Virus record (IMG/VR): IMGVR_UViG_3300031760_000002
Coordinates: 32,001 to 96,000 of that record
Strand: one strand, 5' to 3'
Origin: a virus
Taxonomy: Duplodnaviria; Caudoviricetes
Length of the DNA: 64,000 nt
Of the stretch, positions 38,005 through 48,880 are shown piece by piece (position 1 is the first letter of the stretch; each line of letters starts with the position of its first letter). The translations under genes were made by a program, and so were the position numbers. The notes under the pieces were generated by a model. That model ran no database searches, was not told the origin of the DNA, and saw only the letters and a list, made by a program, of their open reading frames with translations.

Positions 38005-40998
38005 TCACTTAAGGGCGTTTATCATCCTGGTAAGTATCGTTACGAGATCGTAGCTGTTGGCCATCCTCGACGTCTTTGCGGCCGCCTTGCGCAGGTTCAG
38101 CACGGTCTGCGTAACCAGGTCGGCGACCTCGTCGTCGGAGGAGACGTCGATGTCGACGACCTTCTCTATCTCCCACCTGAGGTTGAGGATTCCGACGGCT
38201 CCCGTATACGGCGTACCGGAATCAGGATCCGACCTGGAGAAGCGGACGGATACCGTGTATCCGGGCTTTATGCCGAACACAGTACCCGAAAGCATGTTGG
38301 CGTCGAAGTACGACTTGCAATCGTCCTTAGTCGGAAAAGCGTGGTCCATGACCTGTACCGACTTGCCCAGCAGCGGATCGATCGACGAATCGTTATGGAT
38401 GAGCAGCGGATCGTACGCCGTGTACCGGTAGAACCCGTCGTTGCCCATGGTTCCGAACGGAACGTTCAATACGAACGGCTCGTCGGGTTTTATCAAGCCG
38501 GTCTTCAGGTTCGCGTTCTCCACCAGGCCCCCATTTACCGAATTGTAGTCAGGGAGGATATTGTAGTCCATCTTTATACCGGCCGTAAGCGGGACGTCGT
38601 TTCCGTCGAACGATTCCTCTCCGAACACGGTGGCGTAGAACTTGACCCTGTATACGCCGTATTCGGCGGTGGCCGGTACATGGAACTTGGCCACGAATCC
38701 GGTAGGTATGTTCGACCCGGATCCAGGCGTCCACTTCAAAAACCTGACATACGGGAACATGCCTATGGATTCCAGCTTCGCGTTCTCAAGGGCAACGGTC
38801 TCGAAATCCCCTGCGTACTGCGCCCCGTCGGCCGAAATGGTTACGGTGCCCTGCCCGTCCGGCATTCCGGACCTCTTCGATATGGATATGCCGGGACCGG
38901 CGACTATCTTCTCGACCAACGGGCCCAGAAGCAGCTTTCCGGACCTTGTCGCCTTCACCGCCTTGTATCCCTCCACGTTCATGTCGGATATGCCGAGCGA
39001 CAAATCAACGTCCAGCTCAAGGTCGCCGACGGTAGCGTCGTCCGTCGTACCGCACCTCTTTATCGTTATCGGGGAATCGACTGCCGGGTGCAGGGACGTA
39101 ACGGGGCCAGTTTCCGAGTGGAACTCGGAAACGAAATGGAACAGAAGCCTGTATTCGTCCTCCACGTCCACGTTCGGGTACGTGGACGGCCACGGCTGCC
39201 TCCCTTCCGTCGGATCCCTCCAGTAGATGCTGTCGTCCCCTATCGCGTACACCGCGGGAGAGTCGGCCCAGGTAGAACCCGGAAACATGTGGTACGACTC
39301 CAATTCGACCCCGTTAAGCATAAGCGACCCGGATCTGGCCGGGACCGGCGGAAAATGCTTCTTCAGGTCGTTGTCAAACTCGATATTGTACCTGTAGCAC
39401 GCACCGATGACCGGAAAGAAAACGGAAGCTTCCGCGGAGTCACCGACTTTCAGGGACCCGCTACCGACCAGCTTGTACGACATGCCGTTGTTCATGCCGA
39501 ACACGGTATACGGCTCGTCTATCTTGGACACCGATCGTCCTCCGATTCCTGACGACAGCGACTCTCCGGTTGCCTCGTCGAATACGACTGCGAACCACAC
39601 CTGGTCCGAATTGCTGTTTACGGGATCGGAACCGGCGACCTCGCCGAAACACAGCACCTGTTTCAAAAGCTCGTCGTATATGGCCGTATCGCACTCCATC
39701 GACAGCGCCACCATGGACTCGTACGGCGTTCCGCCCTTGAGAACCTTTATTGCGTCCTCGTGGCCCTCGGTACCGTCGCCGTTCACATTCGTGAACACGA
39801 AATCCTGTCCGTCTATCGTGATTACGCTGCCTATCGCATCGGACATTGACGTGAGATCGTAGACGTTTTCCGGCACATGGAACTTTATCTCGTTCTTCTG
39901 CCTGTTGGGATACCCGGACAGCACCAGGGTATAATCCCCGAACTGCGTATTGGCGTTCACCGAGCAGTCCGACCATCCCCTTGACGTCTTTCTGCTCACC
40001 GTCCATGTCCTGTCCTCAACGGAGGTCCATCCGGCCTGGAACGGGCTTGCTTCCGACATCCCGTAAGACGGTTCCAGCCTTACAGACATTCCAAGGTTGC
40101 CGATCATGGCCTCGTCGCCGAAGAACCTTATCTCCGCGCGTCCAGAACCGCTGTCTCCGCCATGGGCCGACCATGTGACGTAGCACGGCCACGAGGACGG
40201 CTCGTTGCCGGAGTCCGAAGATACCGATACGGTGTACGAAGCCTCGTCGGACGACGTGTAGTCGCCGCCTACGACAAGCCTTGGTATGCCGGAGAACGCC
40301 GGGGTGTCGCTCGAATCGTTGGAGTCCTCCGGCTCCACATAGTTGTCCGGATAGAAACCGACAACCCTTATCTTTCCGTTCTCCTCGACGGTAGTCCCGG
40401 CCGGCGCAGGCTCGAGGACGTACGTCCTGTGCGAATGCGCCTCTATGTCCATGTGCTGGGGGTTTATGATGGCGAACGAACCAGAATAAGTTCCGTTGAC
40501 CTGGGTATTTTCTGCAAAAAACCCAACCAGTATCCTAGGTCCAGTAGGAAATCTTGTTATCTTGCCCGGAGTGGACGACGACAGGTAGTACTGCCCGCTC
40601 ATGAACGTCTCGTCGGACATGGACCCGACGTCCAGATCGTGTATGTCGACCCTGCCGTAAAGGACGACCGTTCCGGTCATGTCGGTCTTCGATATAAGAA
40701 GTCCGACCGCATACGCCTTTTCGGACGCCGTATACGCGTCGTACAGGTCCATCGAAGCTATGGCCTTCCTGTACCTCTTGGTTTCAGGGTCTACGCACAC
40801 CACATCTCCGACAGACGGGGTATCCGACTCCGAAAGCAAAACCTGTATCTGGAGGCTCGAATGCCCGTCTCCGAGCTCGTCAAGCCGGTTCTTCAGGTAG
40901 TCCGTCCTGGCCGTAAGTTCGCCTATCGGCCTGTTGAACGTCTCAGCGTCTACGAACTGGCCGTCCCTGAGGCCCTTTACTTCGTTCCAAATAGCCAT
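38005..40998 (-). CDS. large baseplate/tail structural protein
   Basis: 997 aa, acidic; N-terminal DG..VDA..FNRPI.EL..RTDYLK typical of baseplate-proximal fibre proteins; position. Confidence 0.7.
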   Translation of the reverse strand: MAIWNEVKGLRDGQFVDAETFNRPIGELTARTDYLKNRLDELGDGHSSLQIQVLLSESDTPSVGDVVCVDPETKRYRKAIASMDLYDAYTASEKAYAVGLLISKTDMTGTVVLYGRVDIHDLDVGSMSDETFMSGQYYLSSSTPGKITRFPTGPRILVGFFAENTQVNGTYSGSFAIINPQHMDIEAHSHRTYVLEPAPAGTTVEENGKIRVVGFYPDNYVEPEDSNDSSDTPAFSGIPRLVVGGDYTSSDEASYTVSVSSDSGNEPSSWPCYVTWSAHGGDSGSGRAEIRFFGDEAMIGNLGMSVRLEPSYGMSEASPFQAGWTSVEDRTWTVSRKTSRGWSDCSVNANTQFGDYTLVLSGYPNRQKNEIKFHVPENVYDLTSMSDAIGSVITIDGQDFVFTNVNGDGTEGHEDAIKVLKGGTPYESMVALSMECDTAIYDELLKQVLCFGEVAGSDPVNSNSDQVWFAVVFDEATGESLSSGIGGRSVSKIDEPYTVFGMNNGMSYKLVGSGSLKVGDSAEASVFFPVIGACYRYNIEFDNDLKKHFPPVPARSGSLMLNGVELESYHMFPGSTWADSPAVYAIGDDSIYWRDPTEGRQPWPSTYPNVDVEDEYRLLFHFVSEFHSETGPVTSLHPAVDSPITIKRCGTTDDATVGDLELDVDLSLGISDMNVEGYKAVKATRSGKLLLGPLVEKIVAGPGISISKRSGMPDGQGTVTISADGAQYAGDFETVALENAKLESIGMFPYVRFLKWTPGSGSNIPTGFVAKFHVPATAEYGVYRVKFYATVFGEESFDGNDVPLTAGIKMDYNILPDYNSVNGGLVENANLKTGLIKPDEPFVLNVPFGTMGNDGFYRYTAYDPLLIHNDSSIDPLLGKSVQVMDHAFPTKDDCKSYFDANMLSGTVFGIKPGYTVSVRFSRSDPDSGTPYTGAVGILNLRWEIEKVVDIDVSSDDEVADLVTQTVLNLRKAAAKTSRMANSYDLVTILTRMINALK

Positions 40999-41008
40999 GT
41001 CAAAACCC

Positions 41009-41641
41009 CTATTCGAAGGTTACCCGCCAGTCTATCGCCAATTCGTAGCTGTCCGGCTTCTTCCGGTACGTCTTTCCGTCCTTCGACAGATCGACCATGG
41101 CCAGCACGGTGTACTTTTCATCGTCGTCGCACGGTATTCCGTCGCCGAGCAACACGGCCCTGTACATGGTGTCACCGGAATGCAGCTTTCCGGCAAACCT
41201 GGAGTCTCCGGACGTATCCATCCCGTATTCACCGTCCACGTTTGACCTGGTAACGGCATGGAACTCGACCACGTTTCCGCGGTACAGGGGCTGGTCGTTG
41301 GAATCGACCACCTCGGATACGTCTATGGACGGTTTCCTGCTGAACCTGGCCACCTGTATGTTCCCTTCCAGATCCTTGGTCATCTGCCTGACATACTTCC
41401 AATCCATGTCCCTCGTTATCGGAGGAAGCGGATTCTCAGACTCCGGGCCGTAGATGAAACCTATGTATTTCGGTACCTTGGACGTGTCACCGCCGTACGC
41501 GGCGGCCAAAATGTCCGCGGCCGAATACGACATCATGTTGTTGGCCTCGAACGAATCTCCGCAGGATTCGCCGTCGGTCCACCTTGCACGGATCCGGCCG
41601 TGCGCCATGCTTGCCCTGTAGGTATCAGTCATCGTAGTCAT
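41009..41641 (-). CDS. putative baseplate protein
   Basis: NMM near N-terminus and IDWRVTF terminus; position in baseplate module. Confidence 0.6.
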   Translation of the reverse strand: MTTMTDTYRASMAHGRIRARWTDGESCGDSFEANNMMSYSAADILAAAYGGDTSKVPKYIGFIYGPESENPLPPITRDMDWKYVRQMTKDLEGNIQVARFSRKPSIDVSEVVDSNDQPLYRGNVVEFHAVTRSNVDGEYGMDTSGDSRFAGKLHSGDTMYRAVLLGDGIPCDDDEKYTVLAMVDLSKDGKTYRKKPDSYELAIDWRVTFE

Positions 41642-43415
41642 CCCTGCATGCGGCTACCCATTTGGAGTCGACCCTGTCGTGGTACTTTGCCTTCTTGGAC
41701 CTGGCGCCGTATTCCATTTCGTCTTCGTACTCCTCGTACGCGTTGAGATCGGCGTCGTCTGACACCGATGTGCCTGTGTCGAACGAGTCCTCGTACACGG
41801 TCTCGTGCTCAACGACGTAAAGCCTTATGTAAGCCGGTATGCAGTCCCTTACGACGCCGAAGAACTTTGGATCGTATAGCGGGGCGTCATCCGCCAATGT
41901 ATCCGTTCTCACCGTTATGATGAGCGTGTTCGCACCGATCAGATTGTGCATGAAGAACTTCATCGGAGAAATCCTCCCGCATACCTTTCCCGGCGCAAAA
42001 ATCTTATCATACTCGATGCCCTGCAGGCAAGATTCCATGGAAACTCCGGCTTCCTCGTAATTGGCCCACGTGTCGTTCCAGAACAGGTCCTCGTCCATCT
42101 CGGACCCCTCAAGGTGGAACCTCAGCTTCGGATTGCCGTTCTTGTCGAATCCGACGCATACGACTTCCTGCTCCTCCCATCCGACGGAGAAGCCGCCTTC
42201 CAGCTCAGTCCTGAACAGCGCCGGAGGGAGGTCCACGACCGGCACGTCGGCGACGAATTCCTCGAAGTCGGACACGAACTCGCTGTAGTTGGCGATCCTG
42301 TCCACGTCGCTAACGCACGGATATACCCGGATCGCCTTGTCAAGCGTGTCGAACCTCTTAAGCCTGGCCCCCTTTACGACGTCCTTTCGCAGCTCGGTAT
42401 AGTTGACATATCTCTCCTCGCCCACCGGATCGTCTTCCCCCGGAGCTATTTTTGTCGACGGGAAAGTATATACGTTCCTGTCGGTAACGACATGCAGCGT
42501 CTCGTCGTCGTCCCTTATAACCCGGTCAACTACCTCCCCGTCCTCCTTTACCGTAGGAATTCCGCAAATGCAGGCCATGAGAGACTTTAAGAGCAAAGGC
42601 GTGCATCCAGAAGCGACTGTGTTCCAGGCCGCATTCACGACCTTCTTGTACACCTCCGACGACCTGGCCGGAAGCCTCATCGCGTACCCGAGCGCCGTAT
42701 ACAGGAAATTCCTGTCGAACATGGCGTCCGACGCCCACAGCACGGTTTCCACGTCGTTGTCCGCCGGGTCGTCTGCCACGACCTCGAACTTCGGGAACTC
42801 GTCGGCCTTCTCGCCCTCGAACGGATCAAGCTCCTCGGCTATCGCTATGGCACCGTCGAGTATCACGAACCCGGTGCCCTTGCTCATGACCACCGTGGCG
42901 TCGGCTATGTTGTTGGACAGGCACGTAAGTACGTCGAGCATGCTCGACGAACCTTCGTCAAGCGGATACACGACCATGTTCCTGTAGTTGGCGTCTACTC
43001 CGCCCAACGTTATCCTGGTGCAGTCCGGGTACGCCTCGTTCGTCTGCTCCCCGTACACGATCGTACCGTCGGACACAAGCTTGAACATGCCCTTCGACCC
43101 GGTGTTCCTCTTGCTTTTCCTGAGTATTATGGGATGCCACCTCTCGCGATGGAACACGGGGGCGTTCTCCCGGTCCTCAAGCTTGAGGTTCTCAAGGAGA
43201 TCCAGGTAAAGCTGCGATATCCTCAGCGCCCTTGCACCCTGGATATATTCTACGAAGTCCGGGTTCTCGTAGATCTCGGACCAGAACGACCCGAGCCACT
43301 CTGTCAGAGTTGCCGCGTTCCTCGCGTACTCGTCAGACGTATCCGCGGGGAACGAATCTACGGATTCTGCTGCAATGGACGTCCTGTTTGGAACGACCAA
43401 CGTTTCCTTAGACAT
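41625..43415 (-). CDS. putative baseplate wedge protein
   Basis: Follows baseplate J-like gene; LGSFW and C-terminal IPAY motif. Confidence 0.6.
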   Translation of the reverse strand: MSKETLVVPNRTSIAAESVDSFPADTSDEYARNAATLTEWLGSFWSEIYENPDFVEYIQGARALRISQLYLDLLENLKLEDRENAPVFHRERWHPIILRKSKRNTGSKGMFKLVSDGTIVYGEQTNEAYPDCTRITLGGVDANYRNMVVYPLDEGSSSMLDVLTCLSNNIADATVVMSKGTGFVILDGAIAIAEELDPFEGEKADEFPKFEVVADDPADNDVETVLWASDAMFDRNFLYTALGYAMRLPARSSEVYKKVVNAAWNTVASGCTPLLLKSLMACICGIPTVKEDGEVVDRVIRDDDETLHVVTDRNVYTFPSTKIAPGEDDPVGEERYVNYTELRKDVVKGARLKRFDTLDKAIRVYPCVSDVDRIANYSEFVSDFEEFVADVPVVDLPPALFRTELEGGFSVGWEEQEVVCVGFDKNGNPKLRFHLEGSEMDEDLFWNDTWANYEEAGVSMESCLQGIEYDKIFAPGKVCGRISPMKFFMHNLIGANTLIITVRTDTLADDAPLYDPKFFGVVRDCIPAYIRLYVVEHETVYEDSFDTGTSVSDDADLNAYEEYEDEMEYGARSKKAKYHDRVDSKWVAACRDDYDD

Positions 43416-43416
43416 G

Positions 43417-45045
43417 TTATGCTATCGGTATTGTTGTGATCTGAACGTTCTTCTGCTCCAGTACGAAAACAGCGGTGTCTTTTGTAAGCATGTTCTTCGC
43501 GGACTTAACCAGCTCCACGTCAAGCGCGTCGCCGGACATCTCGTGTTTAACCCCGTCCGCGTCGTAAACGTAGCCGTAAAGCATCTCGTTCTCGTTGTAC
43601 AGGTCTACGCTGGTAGCCCCTAGGTTCCTGAGTATGGATGCTATTTCAGACCTGGTAAGCCTGCCGACGAATCCGGACGTGTTTACGTACTTGCATATCT
43701 CTGACTTGGCTTCTTCGACGTCGAAGGCCACGCTGTACGGGTATCTGACGACCGCGTTGACGGACGTGTTCACGATCATCGGCCCGCGTACCACGAAATC
43801 TGACCCTACGTTCCTGACAAGTCCGTCGTCCACGTACGACTGTATCTGGGACGCAGCCGGCAGCGACACGACCTCCACCCTGAACTCCTTGGACCCGGCC
43901 AGGCGGTCCTCATCCGTTACCGGAACCTCCGACACGGTGACGGTGGCGTCCCTCCATACCGTGTTCGCCGTCTCCCTTACGCTATCCTCGGACACCGATA
44001 TGTCATGCCACGTCGAAGACACGTCGGCGCTGTATTTCACGGAAAACGAATACGACGACAGCGCGTTCGTATCCGGGTCAGAGACGGAATACACGGAAAT
44101 CATGCCCGGGAAATCTACGTGCGATATGTCGATCGTAAACGTATCGTCGTCGTTCAGCCTGCCCGTCTTGGATACGGCCTGCGCGACCGGGAGATCCGTG
44201 AAGTTCCTGACGTAGACGTCAACGCGTCCGCCAACTCCGACGCCGAACAGATTGTGCTTGTCCCTTATCTGGGCTTCATTCCCGTAACCGCAAAGGGAAA
44301 CGGCCACGATAGGGTTGTCCGTAGCGTCGAACCTGTCCCTTAGCTGCGACTCGACGGCCGTTTCGGTGGTCAGGGCCCTGACCGAGAGCGACGACTTTAT
44401 CCTGTCGACGGTCTTGTCAAGCTCCTCGAGATCGGAACCCCCTGAAAACTTCTTGTACGCGCTGGCCGAAACGAACCCCACGATGGCCGTATCGCTTTCC
44501 AGGGAAACTCCCTGGTCAAGGTTGCCGTTCGATCCAACCTCGTCCGCAACAACCGGAACCAGGAACCAGTAGTTGGACACGCCCTGGAACTGCTTTACCT
44601 CACCTTCCCCTGGGTCCATGGACGCCGTAACGTCTTCGGAGACGGTGAACGAAACGCCGTCTATCGTATGGAACTTCACTCCGGAAAGTATCGTATGCTC
44701 GCCGTCGTCAGAGACGAATACCCTTACATACCCCCTGGCGACCGTTCCGGAAATGGACTCCATGTTGAAATTGGACAGCACCGCGTTCACGTCGTCGGTA
44801 GATATCTCCTCCCCGGCGGCAGCCCTTCTGGACAGCTCCATGAGAGACGACGAAAGACGCTGTTCGTCCGCCTGTGCCGCGAACATGGCGCCTACGGCTG
44901 AATCCGCGTCGACCAGCAGGTCCCTGAGCACGGTACCCCTGCGAAGATCCAGCTTGGGATACTTCGTTCTGATCATGTTTATGAGCATCTGCGATTCGGA
45001 TGACAGCTGCTCCTGCGTCAGGCTGTTTAGCGTTATCTCTCTCAT
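43417..45045 (-). CDS. baseplate J-like (T4 gp6-like) wedge protein
   Basis: DLRRGTVLRDLL, ARGYVRVF, VPVVADEVGSNGNL, FSGGSDLE, GGRVDVYVR. Confidence 0.85.
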   Translation of the reverse strand: MREITLNSLTQEQLSSESQMLINMIRTKYPKLDLRRGTVLRDLLVDADSAVGAMFAAQADEQRLSSSLMELSRRAAAGEEISTDDVNAVLSNFNMESISGTVARGYVRVFVSDDGEHTILSGVKFHTIDGVSFTVSEDVTASMDPGEGEVKQFQGVSNYWFLVPVVADEVGSNGNLDQGVSLESDTAIVGFVSASAYKKFSGGSDLEELDKTVDRIKSSLSVRALTTETAVESQLRDRFDATDNPIVAVSLCGYGNEAQIRDKHNLFGVGVGGRVDVYVRNFTDLPVAQAVSKTGRLNDDDTFTIDISHVDFPGMISVYSVSDPDTNALSSYSFSVKYSADVSSTWHDISVSEDSVRETANTVWRDATVTVSEVPVTDEDRLAGSKEFRVEVVSLPAASQIQSYVDDGLVRNVGSDFVVRGPMIVNTSVNAVVRYPYSVAFDVEEAKSEICKYVNTSGFVGRLTRSEIASILRNLGATSVDLYNENEMLYGYVYDADGVKHEMSGDALDVELVKSAKNMLTKDTAVFVLEQKNVQITTIPIA

Positions 45046-45047
45046 TT

Positions 45048-45542
45048 CTACATCGTAAGTCCTGATGTGACCGGTATTATGAACGTGAACGAATCCCCGG
45101 CAGCGGTCGTTATGAGCACATGTATCCTTATCGTCCTTGACGCATAGTCAAGATCCATGTTCACAAGCCTCGTGTCCACGACCCTTTCGTCGTCAGGTAT
45201 GGACCCGAACCCCGGATCCTCGTCGTCGGCCCTCATGGCCGCCCGTGCGCTTGAATTGGCCAGCGCATAAAGGTTTCCGAGCTGTGCAAGGCTCGAAACC
45301 CGGCCGGACAGGGCGTCGTGAAGCAAGGTGCTTCCAACATCCGGTGCCAGCTTTACGCTTCCGAGATGGGTAAGAAACAGTATGGCATACCTCTGGACGG
45401 CCTTCTCTATCCCGGCAACGATCCTTGGATCCGTGTTCACGTCAGGATGGACACGCTGGGTGCGTATGGTCCTTTCGACGTGCTTCAACGCCTCCAGGTC
45501 CACCTGCCTGCCGGCATAGCTCCTTGAAGTAGGTCTGTTCAT
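45048..45542 (-). CDS. gp25-like baseplate/sheath initiator
   Basis: GIEKAVQRYAILFLT..GS....PDVGS.L; precedes baseplate J. Confidence 0.75.
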   Translation of the reverse strand: MNRPTSRSYAGRQVDLEALKHVERTIRTQRVHPDVNTDPRIVAGIEKAVQRYAILFLTHLGSVKLAPDVGSTLLHDALSGRVSSLAQLGNLYALANSSARAAMRADDEDPGFGSIPDDERVVDTRLVNMDLDYASRTIRIHVLITTAAGDSFTFIIPVTSGLTM

Positions 45543-45922
45543 TTGGCCATCTCCATGGACGTAAACGATTTGGTGTTGTCAAGCATGTACAGCTGCTTCG
45601 CCATCCTGGCCTTGCCCATGACATGCTGCCTCAGTTCCGTCTCCTTGTATCTCTTGAAGCATCCGATCCTGCCGGAAGCCATGAACGCTATCGCGCGCCT
45701 GTTCAGCATGAGCACGTCTATGTCCGGGGACTCCTGCTGCCGTTCCGAATCCCATTTTTCATTGTGCTCGGTCGGCTTGAACTTATCAAGAAGGTCGTCT
45801 ACGTCCTCCGCCCCGAATACCTCTATGAAAAACTCGCGCCTCGTGCCGCCGGAGAACATTTCGTACTCCTTGTCGGCCTCGTCCTGCAACTTGGGTATAA
45901 GCTCGTCGATCTTAGCCATTGT
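45539..45922 (-). CDS. hypothetical protein
   Basis: Coupled in operon. Confidence 0.65.
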   Translation of the reverse strand, partial: TMAKIDELIPKLQDEADKEYEMFSGGTRREFFIEVFGAEDVDDLLDKFKPTEHNEKWDSERQQESPDIDVLMLNRRAIAFMASGRIGCFKRYKETELRQHVMGKARMAKQLYMLDNTKSFTSMEMAK

Positions 45923-46724
45923 TAACAATGTACGCTATCTTGTCGCCGATGGCCTTGGCCCTCTGGCTTACGGCAGCCGGAGATATGCCGAGCCTTGCGG
46001 CTACCTCCTTTGCCGGAAGCTTTTGCGCCCCGTTCAAACCTGTTATGCTGTCGAAAATGAACCTGTCGGTGCTGTCCAGCTCCCTGTATATGGCTTCCTG
46101 AGCGAACGGAATCTTGCTTGGCGTAACAACGCCTGGCGCAGACGCGCTGATGTCGTCGCCGTCCATTTCGTCGAACGAGCTGCTGGCCACGGAGGCTACC
46201 GCCTTTTTTCGTACGTCTCTGACTCTTTTTACCGTCATTCCGAGCTCGTCGGCAAGCTCCTCGTCCGTAGGCTCCCTGCCATAGTCGTCCACGAACTCGT
46301 TCATAGCTCGATTGACGGCCGCCGCCTGCCTGGCAGCCACCTCCGGTATCTTGACGTCCTTTTGCGAATTGGAATACCTGGATAGCGGCTTCAGGTTCGT
46401 CACAACCCACGAGTTCAACCTGGCTCCAGACATCGGGTTGAAACTCTTCAGGGCCTTTACCGTCAAAATCTTCGCCTGCGACCTCAGCATCGTCTTGGGG
46501 CCCGAATACCTGGTTATTTCCGAATTTATGGTCGGATAGAAAGCCTCCACGGCCTTGGACAGGTTCTCCGGAGTCTTGTCCTTGAGCCAATTGGCATAGG
46601 CCTGCTCGCCCGTTGTCAGCCCCGTCAGCTTCGGGCCTTCGGTCTTCCGCTCGTTGGCTATCGCCTGTATGCCCCTGACAACCTCGTCGAAGCCGTCGTT
46701 TTCAGTGAAGTATGGTTCTGGCAT
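45912..46724 (-). CDS. sigma70-family (FliA/SigF-like) phage sigma factor
   Basis: KSFNPMSGARLNSWV (region 2), YGREPTDEELADELG (region 3), KEVAARLGISPAAVSQR (region 4 HTH). Confidence 0.9.
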   Translation of the reverse strand: MPEPYFTENDGFDEVVRGIQAIANERKTEGPKLTGLTTGEQAYANWLKDKTPENLSKAVEAFYPTINSEITRYSGPKTMLRSQAKILTVKALKSFNPMSGARLNSWVVTNLKPLSRYSNSQKDVKIPEVAARQAAAVNRAMNEFVDDYGREPTDEELADELGMTVKRVRDVRKKAVASVASSSFDEMDGDDISASAPGVVTPSKIPFAQEAIYRELDSTDRFIFDSITGLNGAQKLPAKEVAARLGISPAAVSQRAKAIGDKIAYIVNNG

Positions 46725-46775
46725 TTCGTTTCCCGTTTCCCAGATATTACACCAAGTCGAACGATGACGCAACTA

Positions 46776-48365
46776 CTAGCTTGACGCAGCATGGGCGTTG
46801 TAGAACGGTATCTTCGGCGCGTCGCCTAGGATATTCGCGCTAGAACGGCTGGAAAGGCAGTATGAGAGCTGTATGTTGGTCGACGCGGACGACCTTGCAC
46901 AATCTATATTGTGCTGCACCGTGGCTATCTGCCCCGTGAAAAGCTCGTTGCCCGATATGAACGACGCCCTTTTGCCGGGTATCAGCCAATTGTCTCCGTC
47001 GATAGCGGTGCAGAACGCGCCCGACAACGATGCCGATACGCCGGACCTGTACTCGGACATGAACAGGCTGTTCATGTACAGTATGCGCACGGCGTTCCAC
47101 ATCTTTAGATCCTCGTTGCCGCCCGATTTTGAATTACTCGTCTTTGTCTTCGAGTACGAGTTCTCCCCGGTAGCCGTATTCGTAACGGGGTTCATCGAAC
47201 TCGCCTTCTCGTTGGCGACATGTATCCACGGGGGATCCCCGCACGGCAGCAGGCGCCCTACCGACGAATCCGACCCGGATGGTATGAACGCAAGGTTCGC
47301 CGTCTGTATCCCGGTCTTTTCGCCGGCGTTCCTGGCATACGTTATGGTACCCTCGGCCGGAGTCGCGCCGGGGCCGTTATACATGATACAGCCGTAAATC
47401 GGGTCCGGATCCTTGCTGGGCAAGTTTACGTTGTTCTCGTTGAAGTCATAAAGCTTTACCGATACGCTCTTCCACGGCATTATCGGCACGACATGCAGCT
47501 TGTCCTCGTAGAAGGTCGGTATCACCTCCAGCATCATCTGCGGGCATATCGACCCCGTAAGCGCGCTCCAGAACGAGCTGTTGCCGCCCTGCAGGGCGGA
47601 GGTCCACATGTCGGCCAGCGCGTATTTGACGCCGTTGATGTACCTGGACTTCAATATCGTTTCGCACGGAAGCTTGTTCGTGGCCCCTGAAAACTCCAGG
47701 TCGAAAATCAAATGCTTCATGTCCGCCTTGACGGCGTCCATTGCGGACAGAAGCTCCTTTGAAAACTCGCTCGCGCTCTTCAGCGGAGTGGACATGAGTA
47801 TCGACGCCTGGGACGAGAACTGCGTCTCCAGCTTGGCCTTCTCGTTCGCCGCCTTCATCGTGTCTATCGCGACTTCGGCGGCATTTAACGGGTCCGTAAC
47901 CTTGGGATAGGTCTTGTCGAAGTTAAGCGTATTGGACGCGTCGAAGTAGAACCCAGAGTGCATCAAAAGCCGGTATGCCGGGTGCATTATGGTTACCGCC
48001 ATGTCGAAAATACCGGTCGTCGATACGTTGTAAAGACCTACATCGGCTATAAGCCACTTCTCCAGCTTCAATTCCTGCGTAGTGCCCTTGCCGTCCTCTG
48101 ATACTATCTCCAATACGATGTCAAGGTTGCATTCCTCCAATCCGGCGGCCTTGTACGATAACATGTCGAGCGCGGACTTCAGATTGTTCAGATCGAGAAC
48201 ATGCACGTTTGTGCCTGACGACCCTTTCGTCGGAGCTATCCCTACCTGGCACGTCGGTATTGAATTGGTTGACAGCATAATGGCGGCGGTAGACACGTCG
48301 TACTCCGTGCCCCCGATGTCGAAAGTGGCCTTCTTTACGCCATATATGTAATTCTTACTTGGCAT
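46776..48365 (-). CDS. putative baseplate hub protein (gp27-like)
   Basis: C-terminal LIPG..FTGQIATVQHNID..TNIQLSY; position after tape measure. Confidence 0.6.
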   Translation of the reverse strand: MPSKNYIYGVKKATFDIGGTEYDVSTAAIMLSTNSIPTCQVGIAPTKGSSGTNVHVLDLNNLKSALDMLSYKAAGLEECNLDIVLEIVSEDGKGTTQELKLEKWLIADVGLYNVSTTGIFDMAVTIMHPAYRLLMHSGFYFDASNTLNFDKTYPKVTDPLNAAEVAIDTMKAANEKAKLETQFSSQASILMSTPLKSASEFSKELLSAMDAVKADMKHLIFDLEFSGATNKLPCETILKSRYINGVKYALADMWTSALQGGNSSFWSALTGSICPQMMLEVIPTFYEDKLHVVPIMPWKSVSVKLYDFNENNVNLPSKDPDPIYGCIMYNGPGATPAEGTITYARNAGEKTGIQTANLAFIPSGSDSSVGRLLPCGDPPWIHVANEKASSMNPVTNTATGENSYSKTKTSNSKSGGNEDLKMWNAVRILYMNSLFMSEYRSGVSASLSGAFCTAIDGDNWLIPGKRASFISGNELFTGQIATVQHNIDCARSSASTNIQLSYCLSSRSSANILGDAPKIPFYNAHAASS

Positions 48366-48879
48366 CTGCTACGGTTCTTCTGTATTCGAAGTCTAAAAGT
48401 ACGACAAGCGCCACTATGCACGATGAAAACGCCTTCGACGACTCCTTCGATCCAGTACGTATCAAATAAAGGCCGTCCAGCTTGGAATCTACATCAGCGT
48501 CCCCAACGTGCTGGAACACCATGGTTGAATTCGTCGACGAAAGTACCCTGGATACCATGTCGCTGGAACCCGGGTTTATGTTCTTGTAGAATGAAAATAC
48601 CGATCCGGTGGAAACCTTTGGCCTGTCGTCAACCGTCATGCGCCCGTCTATTCCTGAAATAAACGATGAAAATTCAGGTTCCATGACGAAAGGCATAAGT
48701 ATGTCCACCGCATGAACCTTTTCATCAACGGTTGCGCCCTCGCCGAACACATCGTCATACAGCCTTTTGACGTAGGGCTTGAGCTTAAGAGAAATGAAAA
48801 ATCCGTCAATTACCCATTCCGGCAATCCGGGAACGGCTGCGCTTTCATTCAGCAAAAGTGTTCTAACGTGGTTTACCAT
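48355..48879 (-). CDS. hypothetical tail-module protein
   Basis: MVNHVRTLLLN; coupled in operon. Confidence 0.7.
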   Translation of the reverse strand: MVNHVRTLLLNESAAVPGLPEWVIDGFFISLKLKPYVKRLYDDVFGEGATVDEKVHAVDILMPFVMEPEFSSFISGIDGRMTVDDRPKVSTGSVFSFYKNINPGSSDMVSRVLSSTNSTMVFQHVGDADVDSKLDGLYLIRTGSKESSKAFSSCIVALVVLLDFEYRRTVADAK

Positions 48880-48880
48880 G

